Shown piece after piece: positions 35,854 to 47,700 of a stretch of 64,000 nt of DNA (positions within the stretch are counted from its first letter, which is position 1; every line of letters begins with the position of its first letter). This stretch comes from Cyanophora paradoxa CCMP329 (Eukaryota > Plantae > Glaucophyta): assembly GCA_004431415.1 (NCBI GenBank), contig QPMI01000143.1:179045-243044 (forward strand). The letters run 5' to 3'. The notes beneath the pieces were generated by a model, which did not search any database, was not told the origin of the DNA, and saw only the letters and a list, made by a program, of their open reading frames with translations. Made by a program: the position numbers and the translations under genes.

Positions 35854-38800
35854 ATGAACTTCAAGGGCTACTACGGCAAGGTGCTGAGTTCTCGCTGCGC
35901 CCGCGCGCCCTCCGATCCCTGAGCGCCCCTCTTTCGCGCAGGCGCTCGCGGCGACGGATGTGGTGTGGAATCCGACCTTCGCCGAGGAGCTGGGCTGGCG
36001 CCAGCCACGGCTGGACGCGAGCCACGCGGCGCTCGCTGAGAAGGGCGGCCAGTTCGTGCAGCGCTTCCGCGAGGCGCAGGCGCGGGAGCAGCGGCGCGCC
36101 CACGCGGCCCCGAGCCCGCGCGGAAGCCCGCGGAAGCAGCCGCAGGCGACGGGAGAGCCGGCGAGCCCGCGGAAGGCCGCGCGGGGCCTCGCGGCGGGGG
36201 CGGCGCCGGCCTCGCCGCACCTCGAGGGCTGGAGCGGGGGCAGCGCCGAGTCGGACCCGCAGGCGCCGTCCCTCAGCGGCTCGAAGTGGGACCGCGTGCG
36301 GCGCTACCTGCGGATCGCCTCCATCGCGCGCGGGTTCGCCGGCATCGGCGCCGACCTCGAGGAGGATAGGCGCCGGCACGCCGACGAGGAGGCCAGAGCG
36401 GCGGCCGAGGCGGAGGCGGAGGCGGAGGCCAGCCTCGTCGGTCCGATAGCGACGGTGCGGCAATGGCCGCCCCGCTACGCCTGGCGCCATTGAGCGTTCG
36501 GCCAACTGACTAACTCCGGCGCAGCGGGTGCCGATGCGGCGCGTGCTGCGCATGCTGATCCACCAGCGGCGGCACGGCTCCCTGCCCTCCTCCGCCTTCG
36601 CCTCGCCGCGGGGCGAGTCTCCCCGTGGCGGGCCCGCCGCGAGCCCGCGCCGGCGGGGCCGCCACTCGAACTCGGACGGCTCGAACAGCCCGAGGCGGGG
36701 GGGCGAGGCGCCCGAGGGCGGCCCCGTCGAGGGCGACGGAGCAGCGACGGCGGCGGCGGCGGCGGAAGAAGAAGAGGCGGAGGATGCGGGCGGCGGCGGG
36801 CGGCGGGGGCGGCGGAGGCGGCGGCGGGGCCGCTCGCGGGAGCGCAAGCGGGGCCGGGGAGACGCAAAGGCGGCCCGCTCCCGCTCCCGCTCGCGGGCGT
36901 CCTCGTCGGAGGGCGCCGCCGCCGCCGCCGCCGCCGCCGCGCGCCGCGCCCGCTCGGCAGGCGGAGGCGAAGGCGGCGGGGGGCCAGCCGCTCCCGCTCC
37001 CGCTCCCGCTCCCGCTCGCGGCTCTCGGCCGCCTCCTCCTCGCTGCCGCCCCGCGGCCCCGGTAGGACCCGGGTCTTCGCCCCGGCCCTCGTCCAGAGCT
37101 TCGTGCGCACGCGCCGCCCTCCGGTTCGCCGGGTACCCCTGCTGTTTTCTCATCCCGCGGGGGTACAGGAGGCGCGGGCGTGGTGGGCGCTGGACGAGGA
37201 GCCGGAGGACGGCGTCTTCGACGAGGATACCCCCGCCAGTTCCTGTACGCCCCCCCCCCCCCCCCCCCGAGCCACATGCACCCGTCGTCGAGCCGCGCCG
37301 CCCGCTCAGGCTGGGCGCGGGGCCGCGGGCGGGGCCGGGCGGCGGGGCGGGCGAGGGGCAGCGGGCTTCGAGGCGGTTGGGGACCGGCGGGGGCGCTCGG
37401 TCCCCGAGCAGGGCGCCATGCGCCGCCGTGTCCGCCAGGGTCCCGCCCGCCTGTGCGCCGTCCTAGCCCCGCCCCGCCCCCCGCCCCTTACTTCGCCTCA
37501 CGGGGCGCCCAGGATCCTGCCGGCGGTGAAGGGCGCCCGGCCGCGCCCTCGCTCCTCCGGCAGGCGCCGGGACGACGAGGGCGACGAGGAGGAGGAGGAG
37601 GCGGCGTCGCGGTGCGCGTCGGAGGCGCTGCGGAGCGCCGCCGGCGAGTTCGAGCGCCTCGAGCGCGCCCTCGCCGGCGACCTCGCCGGGGCGGGGGCGG
37701 GGGAGGCGGAGGGGGCGGGGGAGGGCAAGGAGGAGGATCCGGAGGAGGAGGCGGACCGGGCTGGAGCGCCGGGATCCCGCGACGCCGCCCGCCCTCCGGG
37801 CTCTCGCGACGCTGCCCGACCCCCGGGATCGCGGGACGCGGCGCGGGCGGCGGCGGAGGCGGCGGAGGGGGCGCCCAGGCCGGGGACCAGCCCGTACGCC
37901 CGCAAGCGGCCCGCCCTGCTGCCCAACCCCCGCGCCCGGCGCTTCGCGGGTGAGCGAGAGACACACACACGGCCTCCCGCCCCGCAGCCCCGCCGCCCCG
38001 CCTCGCCCCTCTAAGGCTGGCGGGACGGGGCCAGGCGGGGCGCGCTACGTTCCGGCGTTCAGCTCGTCGGGGTACGGGAGGAAGGGCGGCCTGCTCCGCG
38101 TCGGCTCCGTCGCCCGCGCCAGCCTCGCGGGCGCGCGCGCCCCACTCCGCCCGCCCTTCCGCTCTGTGGTTTCGCGCCTGATCGCCGTGCCCCGGCCCCC
38201 GCAGACCTTCACGAGCGGGGCCCGGCGCCGACGCCCCGCGCCCTACCCGTCGTCCTCTTCTGTACGCCCCCTTCTGCCCCGCCCCTCTCCGCTAAGCTGC
38301 TGACGCCCGCGCAGCGGCCGGGCACGTCGGGCCCCCGGCCAGAGAGGCCCCGCAGCCCCCGCCGGGGCCCTCGAACTCTTCGGAGGCCGCAGCTGCGCCG
38401 CTGTCTGCGCGGGAGGCGCTGCAGGCGGCGATCGAGGAGCGGCGGTGCGCCCGCGTCGGGCCGGCCGCCCTCGGCCCCCTCGGCGGCCGCCGCATCGGCG
38501 GGTCGCGTCCCGGCGCGGGCGGCGGGACGGGGCGGGCAGGGGAGTGGACCCGGCCGCGGGACGGAGCCCGCCCCGGACGCGCCCGCGGAGCCGCCGGCGC
38601 CGCCGGAGGGGCCCGCGGCTCTGACGGCGGATGCGAAGGCTGAGGCTGAGGGGCCGCTTTCGGTGGCCGGGGCGGCGGCCCCCGCGGCGGAGGCGCCGGC
38701 TCCGGCGGCGGGCCCGCCGTCAGCCGGAGCTGCGGCGGGGCCGGGCAGGGCCGGGTCCCGCCGGCAGCGCCCGCCGAAGCAGCCGCCGCGGGGCAGGAGG

Positions 38801-40884
38801 GATCCGATGCAGCGGCGGCGGAGGCTTCGGCGGCCCCGGCCGATGCAGCTGCGCTTGCAGCGGTGGACCCGCCGGGGGAGGCGGAGGCAGCCCCGCCGGT
38901 ACCGCCGGTGGTAGAGGCGTTGGCGCCGGCGCCTCTGGCGGAGGGGCCGGCGGCCAGTCCCCCGCCGCCTGCCGCGGAAGCGGCGGCAGCAGAGGCGGAG
39001 GCGGGGGAGGAGGAGGAAGGAGAGGAGGATCCCGGCGAGCGGGCGGCGCCGGGCCCCGAGCAGGCCGCGACGGAGACGGAGCAGGCGGCGGCGACGGCGG
39101 CGGGGCGGCGCCGCCCTCGCGCGAGAAGCCGGCAACGGCGGAGGTGGCGGCGGCGGCGGCCGCCGCCGCCGCAGGACTCGCGGGGCTGCTGGCGGCAGGG
39201 GGCGGGACGCCGCCCATGCGGCGGGGCTCGGGGCGGGAGGGGCAGGGACGCCCCTCGGGGCCTGGGAGGCCCCCGCCCCCTCCGAGGAGCCGGCCGTCGC
39301 GGCCCTGCTCCGGCCCGCTCCCGCGCCGGCCCCTCCGCCGCCCGCGGGGCCGCGCCTGCACCGCCGGCGGGGCGCCGCCGGGGCGCGGGCGGCCGCGGGA
39401 GGCCGCGGGCGCCGCCAGTCGAACCCGAAGCGCGCGGCGGCGGCGGCGGCTGAGAGCCGCAAGAGCAGTGCGGCGGACGCTCCCGCCGCCCCGGCCCCGG
39501 CTCCGGCTTCGGCTCCGGCTCCAGCCCCGCCTCCTGCCCCGGCCCGGCCCCGGCCCCGCCTGCGGCGAGGGCCTCCCCCGGGGCGGCTCCTCGGACTCGG
39601 GGAGGACTCGGAGGGGCGGCCGGCCCGCCCTCGCCCCCTCGCCGGCCCCCTGCGGCCCGCTGCGCGCGGGGCCCGCCCCGCCCTCCTCCCTCCGCCTCTT
39701 CCAGCTCCCCTCCGCGGTGCCCCGGCCCCGGGCGGCCCCTCCGCCGGCTTGCTCGCCCCCGCCCCGTCCGCCCCCGTACACGGGCCTGCGCACCCGCACC
39801 CCCACGGGCGCGCCCTCGAGGCGCCCCCGGACCCCTCCGCCCTCCTCGAGGCGCTCTCCGTCCGCCGGCCCCCGCCTCGGGCCCCCTCGCCGGCGCCCCG
39901 GCCCCCGCCGGCCGACCCCGCGGCCCCCGCGCCAAGCCGCTTGAGGCCGTGGCCAGAGCCCTCGGCCCGGGGCCCGGCCCGGCGCGGGCGCCGAGCGCTC
40001 CGGACCTGCGGGGCGCCCGCTCGGCCCCGGCAAAGGCCGGCGCGGTCCCCAGCGGGCAGCCCCCGCCGCCCCCGCCCCCGCCGCGGCCGGCCTCGCTGTC
40101 GCCAGACGCCGCCGAGGCGCCCACCCCGGACCCCGACGTCCTCGCCGCCTCCGAGGAGCCGCTCCTGCGCGGGCGGCGGCGGCGGCGGCCGAAGCGGCGG
40201 CAGTCCTCGCCCTCGCCCTCGCGCCCCCGCCTCGCCGCCGTCCCGGCCCCCGCCCCCGCCCCCGCCCCGGCCCCGGCCATCGGCGTCTCCTCGCCCGAGC
40301 CCGAGCCGCAGCAGCAGCGGCCGCGCTCGGCGCCGGGCCCGAGCCTGCGGCGCACGGATCTCCAGAGCGAGCTGGGGCGCCTCGGGGCGCCAGGGACGCC
40401 CCCGGCCTCTCCTCCGCCTCGGGGCCTCCTCGCAGGCCGACGAGGCCGTCACCCTCACCTCCCCCCCTCCTCCTCCTCCGCCCCCTCGACGCCCCCGTCC
40501 CCGGCCCCGCCCCCGCCCCGCCCCGCCGCCCCGCCCCCGGCCCTACCTTGGCCTGCCCCTCTCTCTCGCCTCGGCCGCAGCGGCGGCGGACGGCCCGATG
40601 GCCTCCGCCCTCTCCCCGCGCCTCGCCGCGCCGAAGCCGCCGGCCGAGCGCCCCTGGGCGGCCGTCGACGGGGCGCTGCGGACGGAGCACTTCGGGCGGC
40701 AGCAGCGGTACCGGCGGGCCGGCGGGCCCCTCGCCCGCCTCGCCGGCGCCCCGCCCCTCGACGCCGGGCGGGGCCGCCGGCGCCGGGGCGGGCCCCCGCG
40801 GGGGCGGTGGCCGCTGTCTACGACCCGCACGCCTTCCGCGTCGGGCGGGCCCGCGGCCACGGCCACGCCCAGCCGCTCGGCTAG
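35854..40884 (+). CDS. Large low-complexity Ala/Pro/Glu-rich hypothetical protein (spliced; frame breaks unresolved)
   Basis: MNFKGYYGK first exon, then DVVWNPTFAEELGW..KWDRVRRYLRIASIARGF. GT-AG introns are recognisable, and the last open frame ends at 40884. Confidence 0.45.
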
Positions 40885-41647
40885 TGGCAGCCTGTACACG
40901 TAGTTGCTCAGTAGTGTTAGTACGTAGCGGACCGTCGGACTCTGCCCGCCGACCGTCGGACGGGCGCTCGCGATCGTGGGCCGAGTCGTGGCTGCCCGGC
41001 GCCCGCGCGCGGTCCGGACTCCGGACTCGGTCGAGAAGAGAATATTTATGCGCGCATTATACTAGTATCAATGCGTCCCCAACTTGACGCCGCGCGTTTT
41101 CTGCATGCGCCGTCAAAACGCATAAATTTAATTTGGGGGCGCGGTAATTCGAATTCCGAAGTTCGCCGGTAATACCGTACTAATACGTTAACCGTTGAAC
41201 AAAACGCTAAGAAATTGCAGTCAGTACCCCACTCATTCATTTTGGGGCGCATATCCATACTAGCTATAGGGGGAGGGGGGTACGTGAGGGGCTCTTATCG
41301 CCACGGCAATTCCTGCAATTTCGGCAAATTAACTCGAGCTCCACGGCGCAATTTAACTACAGCCACGGCGAGTTTACGCGGTCTGCAGCCTGCAAGGTAA
41401 TAGGTATCCGGAGGTACGCGGTACGTAATAGGGAAGGCTCTTACAGTGAAGACGTCATCAGACTCGGAGGGTCTTTCCTTCTCTCTCTTGTTTTTTTGGA
41501 TTCGAAAAAAATGAAGAAAAACAGAAAAAAGAGGGTCGAAAAGTCAAGAGAAGGGTCAAAACGTCAGTGTTAGTACGTATATACTGTGTTACCTCACATG
41601 TAAATTTGGCGTGATTACTACTACTACTAAGTTACTTAGCATTACTA

Positions 41648-41886
41648 CTGTAAACGTAGGAATCTTCGACAGCGTCTTTATTTCGTCTATATTCGTCAGT
41701 CCTGCACTTTGACGAATATTTGATACTCTTGAACTGAAATTTTGTATGGAGAGGGGTACTAACGGCTGACCCTTCTATGGCGGAGTCGCGTGGCTGACGA
41801 AAATTTGATGCTGTCGAACCATATTTTCGTCACGATTTTCGGGTTTTGTCGAAATTAAGTCTCGACGAACATTTCTACGTTTACAG
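41648..41886. mobile_element. MITE, Tc1/mariner-pogo-like, TA target duplication
   Basis: TA|CTGTAAACGTAG...CTACGTTTACAG|TA, with an imperfect TIR of ~23 bp. Confidence 0.85.
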
Positions 41887-42604
41887 TAGCACGTGTTTAA
41901 CGTTAGAATTCCCATCAATGATACATCACCGACTGCAGTCTGCAGGCTGCAGCTGGTTACTACTGGCCTAGTACTGGGAGTCTGGGACTCGTGATTCAGA
42001 GTCGTGAAACGTGCACGTGTCGTAAATAGACTCCTAATTTACTCGTAAATCCGGATTCCGGAGTACTAGAACCAGCCGATGATCATGATGGGACTCTGTC
42101 ACTCTGATGATGGGAGATCATATGCATGGGACTCATGATCATGATCATGGCCCTGAGTGTACGTACAAGTCATGGAAGGACTAGTACTTCTGTCATTTCA
42201 TTGTGTTAGACGTCGCCTTTAATTTGTTACGACCGGTAATAATGGTCCGGTATTAGGTCCGGTAATGATGGTTTAGTTAAATGGCTAAGAATCCGTCAAG
42301 CATAATGAACTGACTGTATATGTAGTACTTATCGACCTCCGACTCCGGCCAGGCTCCGAGTACGGTACCGTTCCGGCGCCGGACCGACGGTCGATGATGA
42401 AACTCGAGAGGCTACCGTGCAAAATCTAATCGCCGCCACGCGTACGGTTAAACCACCGCGCGCGCTACCGTAGGGCACTAAATTACCGCGGTCGGCGTCA
42501 CTTAATTAATAATTACATGGCTCAGAGCTCGCGATCGGCCGGCCCGGGCCGGGCCACGTACGGTAGTTTTACAAAAATGATATCGCTGTTACTGAGTACT
42601 AATA

Positions 42605-42801
42605 CTGTAAAACATGAAATCTCCGAATATAGCCTCGTGGTGCCGAATATTTGAAACTGCCAGAATCGCGCAGATGTATGACAGAAGAGGGATCAATGTA
42701 CCCGCCGCCTAGGTGGACTGGCTGTGTTGCCGAAAATAATTTCGGCGCATTTTTCGGGTTTTGCCGAAATAAAGTCACGCTGGATATTGCATGTTTTACA
42801 G
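42605..42801. mobile_element. Related MITE
   Basis: TA|CTGTAAAACATGaAATcTCC...GGAtATTgCATGTTTTACAG|TG; shares internal TTTCGGGTTTTGyCGAAAT with the first MITE. Confidence 0.8.
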
Positions 42802-43022
42802 TGTATAGAATTCTAGGCCTTGAAACGATCGCGAGCGCGAGCAGCTGCAGCCGCTGAGCTGCAGACGGTGCCAGATCTAGACTCCCTGTGAGGTCGCTGT
42901 GACCGTCGGACTGTAAGATAATTTCGAAAGGCTCGCGCAAAGCACGCGCACTCGCAGCTGCTACACGTGCGCGGCAGCGCTATAGCTACAGCTGCAGCTA
43001 GCGCAGCCCCCAGACGCCAACG

Positions 43023-43823
43023 ATGCGCGGGGGAAGTCGTACCTTTCTCGCCGCCCTCCTGGGGCTCACAGCCGCCGTCAGCCTCCTTCACCTCGCAGGC
43101 GCGACGTGCGCCACCCTGCCAGCGCTGCAAGATGACAACCCGTGTACCGCCACGGCTTGCGGAGAAGCGGGTGGCGTCTCGTTCAAGCCGAATCCTCTTT
43201 CCCGAGACGCCAGCGAAAACGATGATACCTATTTGAAGGTGAGGCAAGTTACGGGCACGTTCACGTCTGCGCCTATGCAATTCTACTGCATCGCAAGCGC
43301 CAACAGTTGTCCGGCGGACACCAAGATCGTGACTTTCGCCAACAACAAACCGCAATGCTACTGCAACTACTCGACACCGTATTCTGCTACTTCTTCTAAG
43401 AACTCTATGTATCTCGAGAATAACGTACTCTACTGCAACACGTGTGATTACAACGAGCTCATGCAGTCCGCCGGCGAGGCGAGTGCGCGTTGCGATTGCC
43501 GTGGTAGCGCTTATGCGCACCAGCTGGTGTACAAGGGCGACACATATTGCGCGGAGAAAACTCTGGCGGCGTGCGATGCGACTTCTTTGGTGATGAATCA
43601 GGAAGACAGCACCAAACTCGGCTGTTTCTGCAACACGAGCACCCCGACGGGCTCATGGTCGACCTCGGATCCTCCGAAACCACTCGGCAATTACGTCTAC
43701 ACGTACTCAACTGGCCCCCTGAGTTACCCGTACACAGGAAAGGACTTTTGTGTGGCCACCTGTCTGGACGGTGCGCAATTAAATATTGTATACGCTGACT
43801 GTTATTTGTGCGCGCATAAATAA
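43023..43823 (+). CDS. Intronless secreted cysteine-rich protein
   Basis: Hydrophobic signal peptide, many Cys in CxC patterns, uninterrupted 266-aa ORF. Confidence 0.75.
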   Translation: MRGGSRTFLAALLGLTAAVSLLHLAGATCATLPALQDDNPCTATACGEAGGVSFKPNPLSRDASENDDTYLKVRQVTGTFTSAPMQFYCIASANSCPADTKIVTFANNKPQCYCNYSTPYSATSSKNSMYLENNVLYCNTCDYNELMQSAGEASARCDCRGSAYAHQLVYKGDTYCAEKTLAACDATSLVMNQEDSTKLGCFCNTSTPTGSWSTSDPPKPLGNYVYTYSTGPLSYPYTGKDFCVATCLDGAQLNIVYADCYLCAHK

Positions 43824-44258
43824 TCGCTTACTTAATTCATTTGAACATGGCCTAATTATAAAGCTTTCTTTTTCGGAATTCGCCAGGTGATCAGATGTTT
43901 GAACCCACATGGGATATCGACAGTAACGATGTCGTTTTCCCCGTGATCATGAATGTGTCTTCTCTGAACCCGGGACCCGCGGCGCGTGTTGTATACGCAT
44001 GGACCTCACACCCGGGCAATTCCGCTTCGCTCCATAGCCCCCGATTCCATGCGTTTCAAGTGTATACCTCCAGCGTTTCATTAGTTATTTCACCATATAC
44101 GTCTACCCCGCCGATCCAGCTACGTCTGTCGGCCTTTTCCCTAGGTCAGAGCCTAGCAATAGCTCATGTCTATTTAGGACAGTGCTGTGAAGAAGAATAG
44201 ACGAAGAGGAGCGCTGCCCCCATGAGCGCGGTCTGCAGAGCAACGAGAAAGAATAGTC

Positions 44259-44399
44259 TAGGCGATATAGATGAGTACGATGAAGCTAACAGAGGAAGCA
44301 CGTTTAGGTTAATTTTAGGCGAAATGATGAGAACATTGAAGCAACCAGAGGAAAAGCGTTTAGCTCTATCTAGGCGATAATGATGAGTACATTGAAGCA
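44259..44399 (+). repeat. ~2.5 degenerate tandem repeats of ~56 bp, probably sub-terminal
   Basis: TAGGCGA..(T)GATGAGwAC..TGAAGC units start at 44259, 44316 and 44371. Confidence 0.8.
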
Positions 44400-44515
44400 C
44401 TTCGTGTCCCAAGAGCGCTCTGGTGCGGCCTCTGGAGGTGTGTCGATGACTTTATCTTTGTTTTAATTGTTTTAATTCGGAGGGTCAAGTTCACGAGAAA
44501 ACTTTGCGGACGCCG

Positions 44516-44621
44516 TGACGTGATGCTGTGACGTGGCGAGAAAACGGCGAGATACGTGACACACAAAAGATTGGCGCTGATAGTGCGCTGATAGCGCGCA
44601 GATAGCTTGCACTACTATAAA
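44516..44621 (+). promoter_or_regulatory. Putative Pol II-type promoter of pPolB
   Basis: TGACGT at 44516 and 44529, reverse CCAAT (ATTGG) at ~44570, three GCGCwGATAG repeats, and TATAAA at 44616, ~150 bp before the ATG. Confidence 0.45.
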
Positions 44622-44767
44622 TGCATTTGCGTACGCGTTTACACCGCCACCTTGCAGTTAGTTGCATGGCTTAAAGGTTTCTCGCATTCATACTAGTATT
44701 CAGAGATTGTCTGCGATTTAATACCAAAAAGTTTTCGGCCATCCAATATTGTAGAGACCTATTCATA

Positions 44768-47700
44768 ATGGACAGGAACAATCTGAGAGCTGAAATTCGG
44801 AGCCTTGCGCAGGAGCTACACACACTTAGATACATTAATGGAACATATTTGAATACACTGATGCGACTAGCAGACCCACAGAGGGGAACCCACACACAAA
44901 ATCTTCGAGCTAATCTATCAACATTGCTTAGACTTAGACAGACGAACCGGCCGCAGCGCCCTTTGTACCAGTCATGGATAACAAGTCATTTTGAGAACGA
45001 ACGCAATGCTCGAATTGAAGCCACGCGAGAGTTTGATGAAATTGTAGAGTATGGGATCTCGAATTTATTTCGCGAGACAGGTCGAGGTGATACTGTGTTA
45101 AATTATACTCACTATGCATATCCGGGGATGTTATTTACCAAGGATATTTTGGATATTGATCCGACTCCAATACCTGAGCGGGTTAAAGAGATCACGATTG
45201 AGTTTCTGAGAGAGCTGCGAATTCCAGAGAAAATAGGATCCAGCGTTCTAATTCGGTTTCATTTCGATAACTTTAGCATGTATCGCACTCAACTAGTAAC
45301 AATCGAAGAGGGCACAATGCAGTCGCTCTTGTCAAATCTGGCTGAAAAGATGGAACAATGGATGCTAGCGCAGCAGCCATATGAAGACAACGACCTTTGG
45401 CCAGTAGTGAAAATAGAGGTGCTCATTGCAGAGAACGCTGCAGGCGCACTTGGAAACGTACCGAAACTCCCATTCAATGGCAAAGCCCTGACCATGAATA
45501 AGATCTACTGTCCGATATCACCAGAAGACAACTGTGTGCTTGAGTGTTTTGAATATGTGAAGCTAAACCCTGGAAGAAAAAGCCTTGATCGAATTTACAA
45601 GCAACTTCAGAGACTGGACTACGGAGGGATTAGAACACAGCTAGGACTGCGGCGAGGAATGATATCAGTTGATTTGCCAACGATTAAAAAGCTGAGCGCT
45701 TTTTACAGAATAGACACGAGTGTTTTTGAGTTTTCGCAAGGAAAATTTAAGCCGCTTTTTGCAACCGATCTAGGATTTGAAAAGCGTGCTCACCTTTGTA
45801 TTGTCGAGGCGCACTGCTACCTGATTAAGGATAAAAGAACAACTGAAATGGAGAAGTGCAGTGCCTGCGGGAAAATGCAGTTCGAACTGGAAAGACACAA
45901 GCTAACCTGTCAGTTTTGTGCTAGATGTCGTTGCGCCTACAATCCAATTGAAGATCACACAAACAAATGCGTTGTCGCCATCAGAAACAAAGGTGTTATT
46001 GGAAGAAAGATTACCCCTTGCGAAAAGGAGAGTGAATTTACAGCGATGGATAGCGTGATAGGGGCTGACTTTGAAACATTTCCTTGTGATGGCAAGACCC
46101 ACGTTCCATATGCTGTTGACACAGACATAATTTCCAAGGGCGAAATTGTAGGAACCAAGATGTTTTACGGTCCTGAAACATTAAATAAATTCATGCTATG
46201 GCTGGATGGTTGGACAGAGAAGACCACAGTAGTATTTTACAACGGTGCGGGGTTTGATCTGATATTCATATACCGATGGCTGATTGAGAATAGGCCAGAC
46301 AGCCAGGTGAACGTCATGCGTTCCTCGGGAAAGATTAAGAGCATGAAATGGAAGACGACAGCAGGAGGAGAGTTGACGAGTTTTGACCCATGCCTACATA
46401 TTCAAGGTTCACTAAAACAGGCTGGAAAGGACTACGGCTGCACGACGATCAAAGGAGACTTTGACCATCGCAAGATCAAGACGTGGGCAGACGTTGAGAC
46501 ACACAAGGAGGAATGGGGAGAATATCTAAGAGCCGATGTGCGATCAATGACGGAGTTATACATGAAATATTCGAGTACGAGCTTTGAGCTATTTGGAATA
46601 AATGTGAATTCCAAACAAACACTTACAGCCTCATCAATGGCGTTTCAGATTTACCGGCAGCTGATGAAGACAGAGCTGCAACTTCCAAAATACAGCGAAG
46701 ATCAGATTTTTCGCAGAGCAATTTACGGAGGTCGCTGTTTACCATTCAAACGCAAGTTTGTCTCGAAGGGTCCAGATGATTACTTGGTAGATCTGGATGT
46801 GGTCTCTCTATATCCGACCGCGATGTACTTTAACCAGTTTCCTACAGGTAAATTTAAGCTAATCAATGAACCGGAGGCTTTGGAGCGTTTTAGAAAGTTT
46901 ATGCTTAGCAGAAAAATGGAGCAACTGTTCATTGCGAGCATCAGTGCGAAAATTCCTCAAGATCTTGTGCTTTCTCCGCTCCCTCGTCACGAGTCGAATT
47001 TGGGCTGGTCGAACCTGAAACCGATCGAGCGCGAGATGTATACATCGGTTGATATCTACAGGGCGATAGCGCTTGGGGTCGAAATAACAGAGGTTCATGA
47101 GGTGTATTTATTTGAAGGAAAGGAGAGAATGTTTAAAGATTACATCGAGAAGTTATACTGTATGAAAGCACGTTCAAGGAAGGGCGCAGCTCAATACGCA
47201 ACAGCAAAGATTCAATTAAATGGTCTTTACGGAAAATTTGCCCAGAGACCTGTGATCGAAACAACAGAGCTAGTTTCTAATTACCGCCGATTTAAGGAGC
47301 TACAGCGGACATCTACGATTACAGACATCGAAATTGAGAGTGAAACACGGATGTATGTGACATATGAAGTACCTGAGAGCAAACGTGATGCTTGTGTGTC
47401 GAAGCCATGTTTTATTGGAGCATTTATTCTGTCCTACAGTCGCGAGATAATGGACAGGTTCCTAGTAAAAATGAACTCTTATAAAGATATCGAAGCCATG
47501 CCGTTTTACACAGACACAGACTCGCTTGTGGTGCACAGAAAATTTGCAGAGCTGGTGACTGATTGCATGAAGCGGCCTTACTCTGTGGAGGGGATGTCAG
47601 AAGAGGAGGCAAACAGGGCGATATGCGAGAACGAGCTGGGAAAACTAGATTACGATATCCAGGGGCACATCGTGGAGGCGTATTTCGTTGGACCCAAGGT

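Noticed and set aside
38209-40690. Very long minus-strand ORFs (650-750 aa)
   Set aside because: Shadow ORFs of extremely GC-rich plus-strand coding sequence.
41269-41282. G-run as the left terminus of the virus
   Set aside because: It is followed by palindrome-laden host-type spacer and MITEs, and no partner TIR is available in the window.
44259-44399. TGATGA-containing repeats as C/D snoRNAs or a CRISPR array
   Set aside because: No D boxes, the whole unit is degenerate with no unique spacers, and there are no cas genes.
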